IMG/VR virus record: IMGVR_UViG_3300023082_000002
Span: 12,094-76,093 of that record
Strand: one strand, 5' to 3'
Source: a virus
DNA length: 64,000 nt
The notes under the pieces were generated by a model. The model was given only the letters and a program-made list of their open reading frames with translations, was not told the DNA's origin and made no database searches. A program made the translations under genes and the position numbers. Positions 10,471-20,022 of this stretch are shown piece after piece (within the stretch, counting starts at the first letter, position 1; each line of letters opens with the position of its first letter).

Positions 10471-10677
10471 TTAAAAGGTTGTGGCGTTGTTGCGCGGATG
10501 ACCCGGAGGGGTGGCGCTGCGGTGTGGCCGCACCCCGGCGCTGTGGTTCACGGTCGGGTCCGGCGACGCGGCGTCCGCGCAGTTCTGAGAACAGTAACCT
10601 GTCCCGACCTGAGCCATGACTTTGATGTCACCCTTGCATGTCCTGCACTTTGTCAGTGCAGACTTAATCCTTGCCAT
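10471..10677 (-). CDS. Small Zn-finger protein
   Basis: CRTC...YCSQNC. Confidence 0.55.
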   Translation of the reverse strand: MARIKSALTKCRTCKGDIKVMAQVGTGYCSQNCADAASPDPTVNHSAGVRPHRSATPPGHPRNNATTF

Positions 10678-11158
10678 TTTCTGAATTCCCTTCGATCGAA
10701 CGGTCGATACCGGACTCCATAAGCTTGTAAGCTTCTGATCCTCCGGCTGCTGCTGCCTTCATGATCTCGCCGACGACGCAGCCAGCAAACTCCCAGTCCA
10801 TAATGAAGTTCGCTTCTACAGTCGACTCGGCCTTGTTGATCTTTCCACGCAGTCCCATGACGGCGAGTCCTCGATCATCACCGAGCATTGCGACTGTGTG
10901 AACGGATGCTGTCAGGATCGCGTCGGTTGTGTCGACGATCGCGTCAGTGCGTCCTGGTGCCTCGCCAAGTTCGAAGCCACTGTCGATGAGGGTGCCGAAC
11001 TGATAGTGGCTGGTCAGGGCTGCCACGGCTTCTAGTCCAGCACGGGTGCGATCACCTGACTCGCCCTGGTAGGGCGTGCCAAGGTCATCCAGCATCTCAG
11101 CATTCTTCGCCTCCCACGCCGACTTGAACGCGTCGACCTGCGCTTGTGTGACCTTCAT
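10664..11158 (-). CDS. Hypothetical protein
   Basis: 164-aa ORF overlapping its neighbours. Confidence 0.6.
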   Translation of the reverse strand: MKVTQAQVDAFKSAWEAKNAEMLDDLGTPYQGESGDRTRAGLEAVAALTSHYQFGTLIDSGFELGEAPGRTDAIVDTTDAILTASVHTVAMLGDDRGLAVMGLRGKINKAESTVEANFIMDWEFAGCVVGEIMKAAAAGGSEAYKLMESGIDRSIEGNSENGKD

Positions 11159-11388
11159 CCTTTAGTCGCCTCCGGGTCATTGCCGTAGGAGTTCTTCTCG
11201 ACAATGACTCCCTTGCGGTTCTTGATGATGAGTTCACAGCGCATAATCAGTGCCATGCCGATACCGACACTGATTGCCTGATGCTTCATGCGAGAACGAC
11301 GCTGGACCTTGGTTGCGCCTTGGAAGGCCGTGCTGAACCAGCCACCATCTCCGTCCGGCCCGACCTCGACCGAGTTTGTGTTTGCCAT
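11155..11388 (-). CDS. DUF2188-like protein
   Basis: ELIIKNRKGVIVEKNSYGNDP..KG signature; SD GGAGG. Confidence 0.7.
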   Translation of the reverse strand: MANTNSVEVGPDGDGGWFSTAFQGATKVQRRSRMKHQAISVGIGMALIMRCELIIKNRKGVIVEKNSYGNDPEATKG

Positions 11389-11400
11389 ACCGTCCTCCTA

Positions 11401-12564
11401 CTAGATGATAGGTTTGCTAGAGACCTTTGGCGAAGGGTCTCCGTACCCTTGGGTAATCATCGACTCGATCTGCAAAGCAAGTTCGTCGCTGATTTCGCCA
11501 GACTTGAGTAGCGCATCAATCTGTCCGAGAGTCAGATTTGCGTAACGGTCCTTGACTTCTTCGGGCAAGATGCGAAGGATGCCCTGAATGTCAGGGGTCC
11601 TCTTCTTGGATGCCGTGATCTTCACTTCGATGTCTCCGACGCGCCATTTGAAGGTGTCGTCGGCCTGGGACTTGGCGAGGATGATGCCGTCCAGTTCGTC
11701 GTTGAGAGAGCGCAGTGCCTTGAGTGCGGACTGAACCTTGTACTTCAGTTCGACCGCCTGGTCTGGAGTCTTTCCGAACACGCCGCCACCTGCAGCGTGC
11801 TTGATAAGTGTCTCACACTCAGATTTACGAACACAGTACATGCACTCATTGTTGAGAGTCTCGGGCAACCGGGCAGTCTCGTCAGCCGCGATTATCTTCT
11901 CGACCTCTTCGATAATGCGATACCAGGTCGCGGCGTTGTCTTCGCGAGTGAAGATAGTACTCGGGTTGCGAGTGTCATGACGAACCATGTCAAACTCGAC
12001 GTGAATTTCTTGGGCATCAGGCTGCACGATTTGGACGGCCAGGGCATAGGCACGAGCCTGAATCTTCGACCGAAGGTCTTCGCTGCTAATGAAAGCTCGA
12101 ATCGACTTGTAGTCGACTACTCGATAGATGCCAGGTCCGATGCGATCGAGCCGGTCGATAATGAAGGTGAACGGGATAGACCCGACCGAGGTAGCAACCT
12201 CGAACTCCTGGCGCAATTCCAAGCTGACGACCTCGACATGCGGCTCACGAACGTCGGTCCGGTTGAACCAGCGCCACGTCATCTCGCGAACGTCTTTCCA
12301 CTGCTCGCTATCTAGGTCGGAGATGTCGAATGTCTCCTTGAAGGAGACCATGAGCATCGCTTCAAGAATCTCCCACTCCCAGTCCAGGGATTTTTCGACA
12401 ACAGCCTTGCGGACAAAGACTTCCAATGCCCCGTGCACCGTGGACCCACGCAAGGCCGCGTCGCCGGATGGAGTGGGTGTGCGCTGGAACTTCTCGGCAT
12501 GATAGCGGGCCATACAAGTCATAGCCGTGTCGAGCGCCGTGGCCGAGAGTGATTTCGGGATCAC
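11401..12564 (-). CDS. Cas4/RecB-like PD-(D/E)XK exonuclease
   Basis: IDRLD, VVDYKS and QARAY motifs; N-term Cys plus CMYC-x5-C Fe-S staple. Confidence 0.85.
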   Translation of the reverse strand: MIPKSLSATALDTAMTCMARYHAEKFQRTPTPSGDAALRGSTVHGALEVFVRKAVVEKSLDWEWEILEAMLMVSFKETFDISDLDSEQWKDVREMTWRWFNRTDVREPHVEVVSLELRQEFEVATSVGSIPFTFIIDRLDRIGPGIYRVVDYKSIRAFISSEDLRSKIQARAYALAVQIVQPDAQEIHVEFDMVRHDTRNPSTIFTREDNAATWYRIIEEVEKIIAADETARLPETLNNECMYCVRKSECETLIKHAAGGGVFGKTPDQAVELKYKVQSALKALRSLNDELDGIILAKSQADDTFKWRVGDIEVKITASKKRTPDIQGILRILPEEVKDRYANLTLGQIDALLKSGEISDELALQIESMITQGYGDPSPKVSSKPII

Positions 12565-12698
12565 CGCTTACCTCTGGAGTTTCGATTCGCAGTAGCGACA
12601 AGATCGCGACGCTGTTTTTCTTCTCGAATGTAGTCGATCGTGTCCTTCTTCTCGGGCCACACGGTCTCGACCAACCTGTACCAGGATTCATCTTGCAT
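12561..12698 (-). CDS. 45-aa hypothetical protein (not in ORF track)
   Basis: MQDESWYRLVETVWPEKK...; TAATG and GTGA overlaps. Confidence 0.55.
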   Translation of the reverse strand: MQDESWYRLVETVWPEKKDTIDYIREEKQRRDLVATANRNSRGKR

Positions 12699-12940
12699 TA
12701 CTTGTCATCCTTCTTGAGAATTTCCCCGCCCCACATACCTTCACGGGAGCCTGTCTTGTCGCGGTACGCTTTGCATTCCTTGCGAACCGTGCATGAGATA
12801 CAAATCCGCTTTGCCGGATCGGTTGGCTCACCCCTCTCGGGAAAAAAGATGTCGGGAGATAGATTCCCGTCTTCATCACGAGTTGGAGCAGACCCTCCGC
12901 AAGCGGCGTCCTTCATCCAGTGGTCGTCTTCACTGTACAA
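12698..12940 (-). CDS. whiB: WhiB family transcription factor (start uncertain)
   Basis: W...AAC, FFPERG, AKRICISCTVRKEC, GMWGG. Confidence 0.9.
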   Translation of the reverse strand: MYSEDDHWMKDAACGGSAPTRDEDGNLSPDIFFPERGEPTDPAKRICISCTVRKECKAYRDKTGSREGMWGGEILKKDDK

Positions 12941-12990
12941 AAACTTCGCTAGAAGGTTTCGTTCAGTTTTTTTCTCGCGTGTCCACTCGC

Positions 12991-13305
12991 CTAACTTGCA
13001 GGCAGCTGGACACCCGTCATTAACTTGGGCAGCCCGGTGTTCAGCGTCACGTCCGGCGACGACGCAGACGCCGGTACAGAGACGTCTCCATCTTTTCCCA
13101 GCTCATCCAGCACCTCCCCTACCGTTTGTACGTCGTCGGGAAGTTCGGGCTCGTCGGGATCACCCGCGATCGGCCTGAAGTCCAGATAGGTCGGAGCGTT
13201 GTCGAATCGAACAGGAAAGATTTCTCGAACGCCGTCGTCAAACACCTCCGGAGTCGGCTCGATCTCATCACTGGTCTGGTTCGTCAAGTCTGGATCGGTG
13301 CTCAT
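12991..13305 (-). CDS. Acidic hypothetical protein
   Basis: SD AAGGAG; 104 aa. Confidence 0.6.
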   Translation of the reverse strand: MSTDPDLTNQTSDEIEPTPEVFDDGVREIFPVRFDNAPTYLDFRPIAGDPDEPELPDDVQTVGEVLDELGKDGDVSVPASASSPDVTLNTGLPKLMTGVQLPAS

Positions 13306-13390
13306 TTTGCTCCTTGTTCGTGGGTGGTCCTTGACATACTAGCCGATGCGGACGACCCGGCATAGCGCTTCGCCCCATCCCACCTATCGG

Positions 13391-13624
13391 CTACTTCTCA
13401 TTGGGAAAGAGGTGAGGGTATCCCCACGGTTCTTGAGTGAGCACCAGGACTGCGCCCCCGCCGATGCGACGGAAGTCCTTGCTGTGCTCCATGTCGTACG
13501 GCCCGATGACAGAGCGACGACCCCCCGGAGGTGTGATTCGGGGAACCGAGTCCGGCACCTCCCATTCTTCCTCCGTGTAGTACTTGCCGGACTCCTTGAA
13601 CAGGATGACCTGCGCCTTAGCCAT
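13391..13624 (-). CDS. Hypothetical protein
   Basis: MAKAQVILFKESGKYYT...PWGYPHL. Confidence 0.6.
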   Translation of the reverse strand: MAKAQVILFKESGKYYTEEEWEVPDSVPRITPPGGRRSVIGPYDMEHSKDFRRIGGGAVLVLTQEPWGYPHLFPNEK

Positions 13625-13783
13625 TGCGACCAACTTCCTTCCAGTACCACCGAACATCTTCAGTGGAGAATGACGGGATGAGTGCTAGAACTGCATGACA
13701 GTGTCGACACACACGCAAAGTCCAGCGAAACCTGCGACGCGGCTGAGGCATTCCATTATGGAAGCAGTGGACCGGAGGTCTAG

Positions 13784-14503
13784 TCATCCGAAGAGTCCTT
13801 CCTCTCGTGAGTTGAAACGATCCGTTGCGAGCTTCCAGTTTGTCTCGTCGTACTCGATGCAGACTGCGGGACGATCAAGGGTCCGAGCCGCGATCGCTAG
13901 AGACCCCGACCCACCGAAGGGATCGACAACGGACTCACCCTCGTTGGTGCTGGTCTTGAGAAGCAGTTCCAGGAGCCATTGGGGTTTCTCGTGTGGATGG
14001 ATAAGATCAGAGGGTCGCACTTGCGGACCTCTGATAACAGCATTGCGACGCTTCGCAGACTTGGGTCGTCGACCCTTCTGGAAGAAGAGAATGAACTCGC
14101 TTCCCATTCCCCACGGGCATTCAAGGTCGCCCATACCCGGACCGTCTTTTTCCCATACAAGTACAGCCTTGCGCTTGAAACCGTACCCAGCAAGAAATTC
14201 ATCTGTCATTACCATCCAGTCAGCCAGGACCTGATACGACGTGAAGATATAGAGGTCGCAGTCAGGCGTTGTCTTTGGTAGAAGGCTGTTCATAACATTC
14301 TTGAACACCTCAATTGCAATTTCGGGAGACTCGTCGTTCGCAATCTTGCGTGCGTACTTCTTGCCGGCCTCGGTCTTCGCCATGTTCGACTGGTTGTCGA
14401 CGCCGAACGGTGGGTCAGTGATTATGCAGTTGACTGATGATTCGTTGAAGAGCTTTGTCATCTCCACCGAATCCCCAAGCCATATCTGCTGGGATGCCGT
14501 CAA
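13784..14503 (-). CDS. DNA N4-C/N6-A methyltransferase (beta class)
   Basis: ITDPPFG, HPHEKP and DPFGGSGS motifs. Confidence 0.9.
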   Translation of the reverse strand: MTASQQIWLGDSVEMTKLFNESSVNCIITDPPFGVDNQSNMAKTEAGKKYARKIANDESPEIAIEVFKNVMNSLLPKTTPDCDLYIFTSYQVLADWMVMTDEFLAGYGFKRKAVLVWEKDGPGMGDLECPWGMGSEFILFFQKGRRPKSAKRRNAVIRGPQVRPSDLIHPHEKPQWLLELLLKTSTNEGESVVDPFGGSGSLAIAARTLDRPAVCIEYDETNWKLATDRFNSREEGLFG

Positions 14504-14756
14504 GGTCCATCTCCTCCTCTGTGAGTTGTTCTAGTACAAGCTTGAGTAGTGCTAGTGAGTTGTATTTCTTGCGCCGGAATCCACTGACTACTCGCAGATA
14601 ACGAGCGACCGAGTTACCATGATCTACTGCAATCTTGGCTGTGTAACTACCAACCTCGGGGTCGCCCTCCATCGTGTTCTCTATCCGCAAGACCGCCAAG
14701 GTCTTCTCGCGGAGTGGCCCGCTCGGAGGCTTGACCTTGATTGTTATCTCGATCAT
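14415..14756 (-). CDS. Hypothetical protein
   Basis: 113-aa ORF coupled to the RusA stop. Confidence 0.55.
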   Translation of the reverse strand: MIEITIKVKPPSGPLREKTLAVLRIENTMEGDPEVGSYTAKIAVDHGNSVARYLRVVSGFRRKKYNSLALLKLVLEQLTEEEMDLDGIPADMAWGFGGDDKALQRIISQLHNH

Positions 14757-15286
14757 CAGAAGCTAGGCGTGTTGTCGTCGTTCGGGCCGCGCCAGATTTG
14801 GAGCTGTGGCTCGGGTGCCTCAGTGCACTCATCGAGCTTGTCCCAGACAAATTGAGGCAGCTCATCAGGATTGAAGCCAACCCAAACAGAAGCACGAATA
14901 GCAATCCGGGGAGTGACATCTGCGTGTTGTTCCACAACGACAGTGCGAACGTCGCGTACGCTCCGATCATTGCCAAAAAGCACACCCTGAAGAGCATCTT
15001 CGAGCCCCTTCTGGATATTGGTTGCGTCGACCTGTGACTTCTTGACCTTCTTGCGGGTACCCTCATAGGTGTCGCGACTCCTCCAGATGTAGAAGGTGAG
15101 TGAATACTCACCGGGTGGTAGTGGCTCGACGTCCAAAAGCGCTTCGCGTACGGCCTCCTGGAAGGCGACGAGCTGTAGGTTAGGGCCGATCCTTGGGAAC
15201 ACACCACCGTTCTTGCGACCGATGTCAAGCGGACCAATTGCCCACTGCTCAGCATTGAGTCCAAGAGTAAACCAGCGATCAGTCAT
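14756..15286 (-). CDS. rusA: RusA-like Holliday junction resolvase
   Basis: DATNIQKGLEDALQGVLFGND matches the RusA DxDNxxKxxxDAL...D motif. Confidence 0.8.
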   Translation of the reverse strand: MTDRWFTLGLNAEQWAIGPLDIGRKNGGVFPRIGPNLQLVAFQEAVREALLDVEPLPPGEYSLTFYIWRSRDTYEGTRKKVKKSQVDATNIQKGLEDALQGVLFGNDRSVRDVRTVVVEQHADVTPRIAIRASVWVGFNPDELPQFVWDKLDECTEAPEPQLQIWRGPNDDNTPSF

Positions 15287-15672
15287 GACGGTTCCTTGAT
15301 CTCGCCCATGATGAGAACGGTAATGCCTGCCTTGCGTGCTCGCTTTATGCAGTCCCATGTTCCACTAGACTCGGCGTCAGGAAACGCGACACACAGGTCA
15401 GCCCCGGCATCCACCATCTCCTGATTGCGGATCGGACCAGCGCCCTTGCCGTAGGTCTTCCAGAGTGCTTCGTGCGGCTCGGTCGGAAGTCCTTTGGATT
15501 CCCAGATGCGCTTAGCCTGAATGTCGATACCCGGCGCTGCGCCGTGAACTAGAGTGACCGGCTGCCCCGGGGTGCCAGGATTGAGTACAGAATATGCAGC
15601 GAACAGTCCGGCCTCGACCAGCTTCTCATCGGGCCAGCCGCGTCGAGTACCTGTGACAATAAGGCGCTTCAT
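15283..15672 (-). CDS. YspA/SLOG-family (DUF2493) protein
   Basis: VTGTR, VHGAAPGID, AGPIRNQEM and SSGT motifs. Confidence 0.8.
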   Translation of the reverse strand: MKRLIVTGTRRGWPDEKLVEAGLFAAYSVLNPGTPGQPVTLVHGAAPGIDIQAKRIWESKGLPTEPHEALWKTYGKGAGPIRNQEMVDAGADLCVAFPDAESSGTWDCIKRARKAGITVLIMGEIKEPS

Positions 15673-15914
15673 TGCTTACGCTTCTCTCGCTCGATGTATT
15701 CGAGTGCGGCAGCCAAGGTTGCCGCAGCCTTCTCAAGGTTACGCTCTGTTGCACGGGCGTCGGGCGAGCGCACCCCCTTGTCGATATAGAACTTGCTCAC
15801 CTCGGTCAGATGTGCAAGCCCTTGGGCGTCGTCGTGACTGACGGGGTATCGCTTCTCCTGCTCGTTACGCGCCTTCCAGATTCGGAGAATGACACCCGGC
15901 GTGTGGCGGCTCAT
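15669..15914 (-). CDS. Hypothetical protein
   Basis: 81 aa; ATGA overlaps. Confidence 0.55.
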   Translation of the reverse strand: MSRHTPGVILRIWKARNEQEKRYPVSHDDAQGLAHLTEVSKFYIDKGVRSPDARATERNLEKAAATLAAALEYIEREKRKQ

Positions 15915-16297
15915 GCGAGCCGTCCCTCATAGAACAGCTCGAAGTCATCAAGGGGCGCAAGCAGCCTGTTGCTTAGCATCTCTGGGGCGTATCGCAAGAG
16001 TCTGTAACCGAGAGCGTTGGCAAGGTGAAGCTCTATAAGAGCACCTTTGCTTAGCGTCCAACCAGGAAGCATGACGATGACGTTGCACTCCATCTCCATC
16101 TTGATTGCGTGCTTCATATACCATTGCCAGCCCATATTGTCTTCGGGCTTAATGTCCTGCTCGAGATCAATCTCGTGAGGCGAACGAACCTTCATCCCAA
16201 GCTCTCGGAGCTGGTTTGTCACTCGTTCGAAGGTATCGTAGTTGAACTTGGGCAGCCCTGTCATCGGGCCAGACAAGTAGTAGATTGACTCTTCCAT
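15911..16297 (-). CDS. DUF4406 / nucleoside 2-deoxyribosyltransferase-like protein
   Basis: YLSGPMTG..FN and LPGW..SKGA..E. Confidence 0.8.
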   Translation of the reverse strand: MEESIYYLSGPMTGLPKFNYDTFERVTNQLRELGMKVRSPHEIDLEQDIKPEDNMGWQWYMKHAIKMEMECNVIVMLPGWTLSKGALIELHLANALGYRLLRYAPEMLSNRLLAPLDDFELFYEGRLA

Positions 16298-17421
16298 TAT
16301 CGTCCTTCGTCGGTAGCGGTTGGTGATTCCTTCTGCTCTGCATTCGATCGGGCAGCAATCCAGACTTCGTAACCCGATCCTCCATCGACGTGAAGAATTG
16401 TTCGAGGCTTAGTTGGATCGTACCCGATAGTCACATGTTCATTGGGGCTGTGGCGCAGCGCGCTCAAGATGTTTTGCGGAGTGAATTCAAGCATGGCGCG
16501 AGGATGAAGACAGGAACCCGGAACTTCCAGGACGTCACCAAGAGTGTTCTGGTCCTGGTCCTTCATGAAGACCGCAACCTCCTCTTCGCCGATGTAAAGT
16601 TCCAGAAGTGGGGTTCGATTGTCACCCGAGAACACCATCGCACGCTCGATGACTTCAATCATCTCGGTCTTTGTTACCTTGACATGTTCTGCATGGTCAC
16701 GCTTCATGATCTTCTGTACGGCAGGATATGCGCCACCGTACGTAATGACCTTGATTTGAGTCGTATCGTCGGGCATCAAGAGCATGTGACCACCCTCGAC
16801 AGCGACGTTCGTCTCCTTGAGATGAGACGTAAGCGACGCAAAGGCAGACTTCGGAACCATGATCGGGTCGTCAATGTCAGGCGCAAGACAGGGTGCGACG
16901 GCCAGACAGATGCGATTCGTTGCCATGACATGAGTGCCGTCGAGATAGATAGCATTCAGTGGAGGGTTCGGGTCGGTAGTGGCTGCCCATGAGACCATGT
17001 TGATTCGCTCACCGAGGTTGGTGATTGGAGACATGTCCTCTACATCGAACGGCTCCCATACCGGGTAGTATGTTGGATCGAGCATGCGGAACGATGCACG
17101 CGTGCGTCCCGACTTTGCCATGATCTTAGAGCCTTCATCTTCGAGTGTGATCTGCTTGCCTGAGCCAATGTTGAGCTTAGCCATGAACTCACCAAATAAG
17201 ACAGAGGGGATGCGCCACTCGCCGTCACCCTCGATCTCCACCGCATCCACAATCTCGTGATAAAAGACCAGGTTGTCAGCTGCACGCAGATTCACCTGTC
17301 CATCTTCGACAGTTACAAGAAGGCCAGCAGCCTTGTCAAAGGCTTCGCCACGGGTGGGTGCCACCTTTGCGGCTTTGCTGACGGCGTCCTGGATGGTAGC
17401 GTTCTCGAACGTCAACTTCAC
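16297..17421 (-). CDS. dnaN: DNA polymerase III beta sliding clamp
   Basis: 374 aa, three-domain pattern; ATNR..LA, GAYP and FTPQNIL..L segments. Confidence 0.85.
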   Translation of the reverse strand: MKLTFENATIQDAVSKAAKVAPTRGEAFDKAAGLLVTVEDGQVNLRAADNLVFYHEIVDAVEIEGDGEWRIPSVLFGEFMAKLNIGSGKQITLEDEGSKIMAKSGRTRASFRMLDPTYYPVWEPFDVEDMSPITNLGERINMVSWAATTDPNPPLNAIYLDGTHVMATNRICLAVAPCLAPDIDDPIMVPKSAFASLTSHLKETNVAVEGGHMLLMPDDTTQIKVITYGGAYPAVQKIMKRDHAEHVKVTKTEMIEVIERAMVFSGDNRTPLLELYIGEEEVAVFMKDQDQNTLGDVLEVPGSCLHPRAMLEFTPQNILSALRHSPNEHVTIGYDPTKPRTILHVDGGSGYEVWIAARSNAEQKESPTATDEGR

Positions 17422-17864
17422 TGCAGTTTCACCTTTACTTGGAATGGGTCTACATACCAGAACACTTCCATACTGCGCTCCTTGACCTCTGTGAACTCAT
17501 AGGCATCCATGGTGACCTGACCGCCTTGCTGGAATACAATGACTCGCAGAAGCAGCTCGAGCTCATCGCGTCGCATCATGCCAAGAGTGGAGTTATTTAC
17601 AGACGGTAGCTGGTTGGGCTCTTGTGGGGTCTTGAATCTGCCTGCAATGATCCTAGCATCCCCACCCTGTGCTGATACACTCACACCCTCCATTCGCATC
17701 TCTTCGTCGCCGAGTCCTTTGGGGACAACAGTGGACTTCGCTTCGATGTTCATGAACTCCCCAGTAGGAATCCACAGGTCTCCGCAGCGTGCGACTTCGA
17801 CTGTCGTACCGTCGATGACACCCCCCGAACGAGGGGTCGGGGTTTCTATGATGATCTGTCCCAT
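17418..17864 (-). CDS. Hypothetical protein
   Basis: MGQIIIE...; overlaps the dnaN start. Confidence 0.55.
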   Translation of the reverse strand: MGQIIIETPTPRSGGVIDGTTVEVARCGDLWIPTGEFMNIEAKSTVVPKGLGDEEMRMEGVSVSAQGGDARIIAGRFKTPQEPNQLPSVNNSTLGMMRRDELELLLRVIVFQQGGQVTMDAYEFTEVKERSMEVFWYVDPFQVKVKLQ

Positions 17865-18032
17865 ATCAGAGATGCTTCTGACGCTCGTACTCGGTAAGCT
17901 CTTCGAGGGACCGAGCGATCGAGACAAGTGTACGTGTCTGGATGCTGCGACTGATTTGATCACTCATCGTGCCCCGAGCGGGAAGTTGCGCCATGGCCTC
18001 TTCAAGCTCCTTGCTGTATGCGCCCTTTGCCA

Positions 18033-18650
18033 TTACGCGATCATTCCTGTCGAGATGTAGAACTTGTACTCCTCGATGGACCACAAGATGTCCTCCATGG
18101 CACGGTGAGGCTTATCGCCCTTCGCGTCACAGATTTGATCCCAGGCCTTGGCGATGTCAGGATGACGGCGACGCACGAGCTCCTTCGTCGAGCTCATGTC
18201 GATCGTACGATGACCGAACTGCGAGCGGAACTGCGGCAAGCGGTTGTCGCACATGCGCTGATCGAAGTTGACCGTGTTCCCGCACATAGGCGCTCGGCCT
18301 AGATCATCAAGCGGAACTTCCGTGTAGGTGAGAAACGTCATGAGCTGCTCGTCAACCGACTCGTAGGAGTTTGTCGAGGCAAGCACCTCATCCCACAGGC
18401 CAGAGGCCTTGTGCATACGGTAGACGAGCTGGTGGCCCGGATCGTCTGAGATTGCATACCAGTCCATCAGGTCTCGAACGGCGCTATGAGTCGTCGGCAT
18501 CATGACACGCTCAAAGCTGTCGAGCAACTCGCCTTCGAGGTCGGTAATGCCGATTGCGATCTCCAGGAGATTGTCACGAGTTGTGTTGAGACCAGTCGTC
18601 TCCGTGTCAATCCAGATCAAAGCTTCAGCTGCCGGCTTGTGTGTGCTCAC
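18033..18650 (-). CDS. orn: Oligoribonuclease (DEDDh)
   Basis: WIDTETTGL, MHKASGL, CGNTVNFD, HRTIDMSS, HRAMEDI. Confidence 0.85.
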   Translation of the reverse strand: MSTHKPAAEALIWIDTETTGLNTTRDNLLEIAIGITDLEGELLDSFERVMMPTTHSAVRDLMDWYAISDDPGHQLVYRMHKASGLWDEVLASTNSYESVDEQLMTFLTYTEVPLDDLGRAPMCGNTVNFDQRMCDNRLPQFRSQFGHRTIDMSSTKELVRRRHPDIAKAWDQICDAKGDKPHRAMEDILWSIEEYKFYISTGMIA

Positions 18651-19336
18651 AAGTTCTTCCCATCGTGTCGGTAACTACGGGTCTGGTTGTACTTCATCTT
18701 TGCTTCGTACTCCTCGACAATGTTGATATCGAAGTGGTGGCAGACCGAGATGATCTCGTTCATGATATCCCAGTAGGCTTCACTGAGAATCGAGGTCCAT
18801 GCATTACTTTCGTAGAGGTAAGCATACTGCTTACGCAGTGCCCATACGCGGGCGATCTTGTGATGCAGTGCCGACGCTGCATCACCCCAGTTTTCATAGG
18901 GATTGGAGCCGGTCCGATCAGGCTCAATTTCAGGTGCGCCAAGACCGTATTGAGCGTAGTTGTCCAGCAAGCGAATCAGTGTGTCGATGACTTCCGACGC
19001 GACACCCTCTGGCTTGTTGTCACCGTAATCAAAGGACTCCGAATCGAGAATTGTAATTACGCGTTCTGATCCGTCACCCGGATAAGTGACGATCCAGCGA
19101 TCTAGCATGTGCAGACGATACGCCTCGGTCGCCTCGGCCACCTCGGTATGCAGGAGAGCAACCTCCTCGCCCATGGTCCGCTCGTCTACACCATTCTCAC
19201 GCCACCCCTTCTCGACGGTCCAGGCACGAACTTCCTTCTGCCGATCGACCATCGTCTTGTTCTCTGGCAAGATTGGTTCAGGCTCTTCGGTCGGGGGGTC
19301 AGCGGGGAAGATTGGCTCTTCTGGAAATGATGTCAT
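18647..19336 (-). CDS. MazG-like NTP pyrophosphohydrolase
   Basis: LLHTEVAEATEAYR, EVIDTLIRLLD, KMKYNQTR. Confidence 0.75.
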   Translation of the reverse strand: MTSFPEEPIFPADPPTEEPEPILPENKTMVDRQKEVRAWTVEKGWRENGVDERTMGEEVALLHTEVAEATEAYRLHMLDRWIVTYPGDGSERVITILDSESFDYGDNKPEGVASEVIDTLIRLLDNYAQYGLGAPEIEPDRTGSNPYENWGDAASALHHKIARVWALRKQYAYLYESNAWTSILSEAYWDIMNEIISVCHHFDINIVEEYEAKMKYNQTRSYRHDGKNL

Positions 19337-19533
19337 CCGATTCTCTCCTGTAGTATGCGGTTTAGTTCTGACTGTGTGACGCGCCAGTGCTTGCCTTCGC
19401 CGATCTTAACCCCGTTAATCGTCTCGTCTCGTAGCCAGCGGCGAACGGTGTAGATATGCACTCCAAGGATTTCTGACACTTCCTTCGGGGAGTATGTCTT
19501 GTCCCGGGGTGGGGTGGGCTGCGAGGTAGTCAT
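19333..19533 (-). CDS. Excisionase/MerR-like HTH protein
   Basis: YSPKEVSEILGVHIYTVRRWLRD...G..WRV. Confidence 0.8.
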   Translation of the reverse strand: MTTSQPTPPRDKTYSPKEVSEILGVHIYTVRRWLRDETINGVKIGEGKHWRVTQSELNRILQERIG

Positions 19534-19783
19534 CGGTCGCCTCCTGGTGGGCGATATCGGCCTGGATTGATGCCGTCCATGCATCCCTTGACATGCGGTC
19601 GTGAACGCCGCACATGTGGATAAAGACCGTGGCTCCCGATCTTCCGTGCAGCTCGGAGCGGTAGTATTCCCACATGGGATAGCGAGCGATTTGACCAGTG
19701 CGCGGATCGCTGTCGACGCGACGCCGTGGCCAGTTGTAAAGTAATTCGGGCACCCAGGAGCAGTTCGTGTCGATTGAACACAC

Positions 19784-19948
19784 TCATTCCTCCAGCTGCA
19801 GGGCGCGATCAATCTTGGCACGGGCCTCGTCAAGCAGCTCTATGAGCTTCGCTCGGTTGTCCTCGAGATTCCAGATCTCCATGGACTTCTCCTCGACGTC
19901 GATGTCTCCGAGTGTCGAGCTGTTAACCGTGATCTTGACTTCAATCAT
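19784..19948 (-). CDS. 54-aa hypothetical protein (not in ORF track)
   Basis: MIEVKITVNSSTLGDIDVEE...; SD AGGAG. Confidence 0.5.
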   Translation of the reverse strand: MIEVKITVNSSTLGDIDVEEKSMEIWNLEDNRAKLIELLDEARAKIDRALQLEE

Positions 19949-20022
19949 CGTCGTTACTCCTAGGCCAGAACAGGTGATCGTTCTCGCGGCAGTTGGGGTT
20001 TCCGCATGGGCAGATGTCGGGG

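Noticed and set aside
11401-12564. Cas4-like nuclease as evidence of CRISPR
   Set aside because: No repeat-spacer array or other cas genes; solo Cas4/RecB nucleases are common in phages
13784-14503. Restriction-modification system
   Set aside because: No recognisable endonuclease partner; orphan MTases are common in phages
19415-19787. Two competing ORFs (19415-19783 and 19530-19787)
   Set aside because: One has a Cys/His pattern and the other has clean ATGA couplings; I cannot choose without homology, so neither is listed
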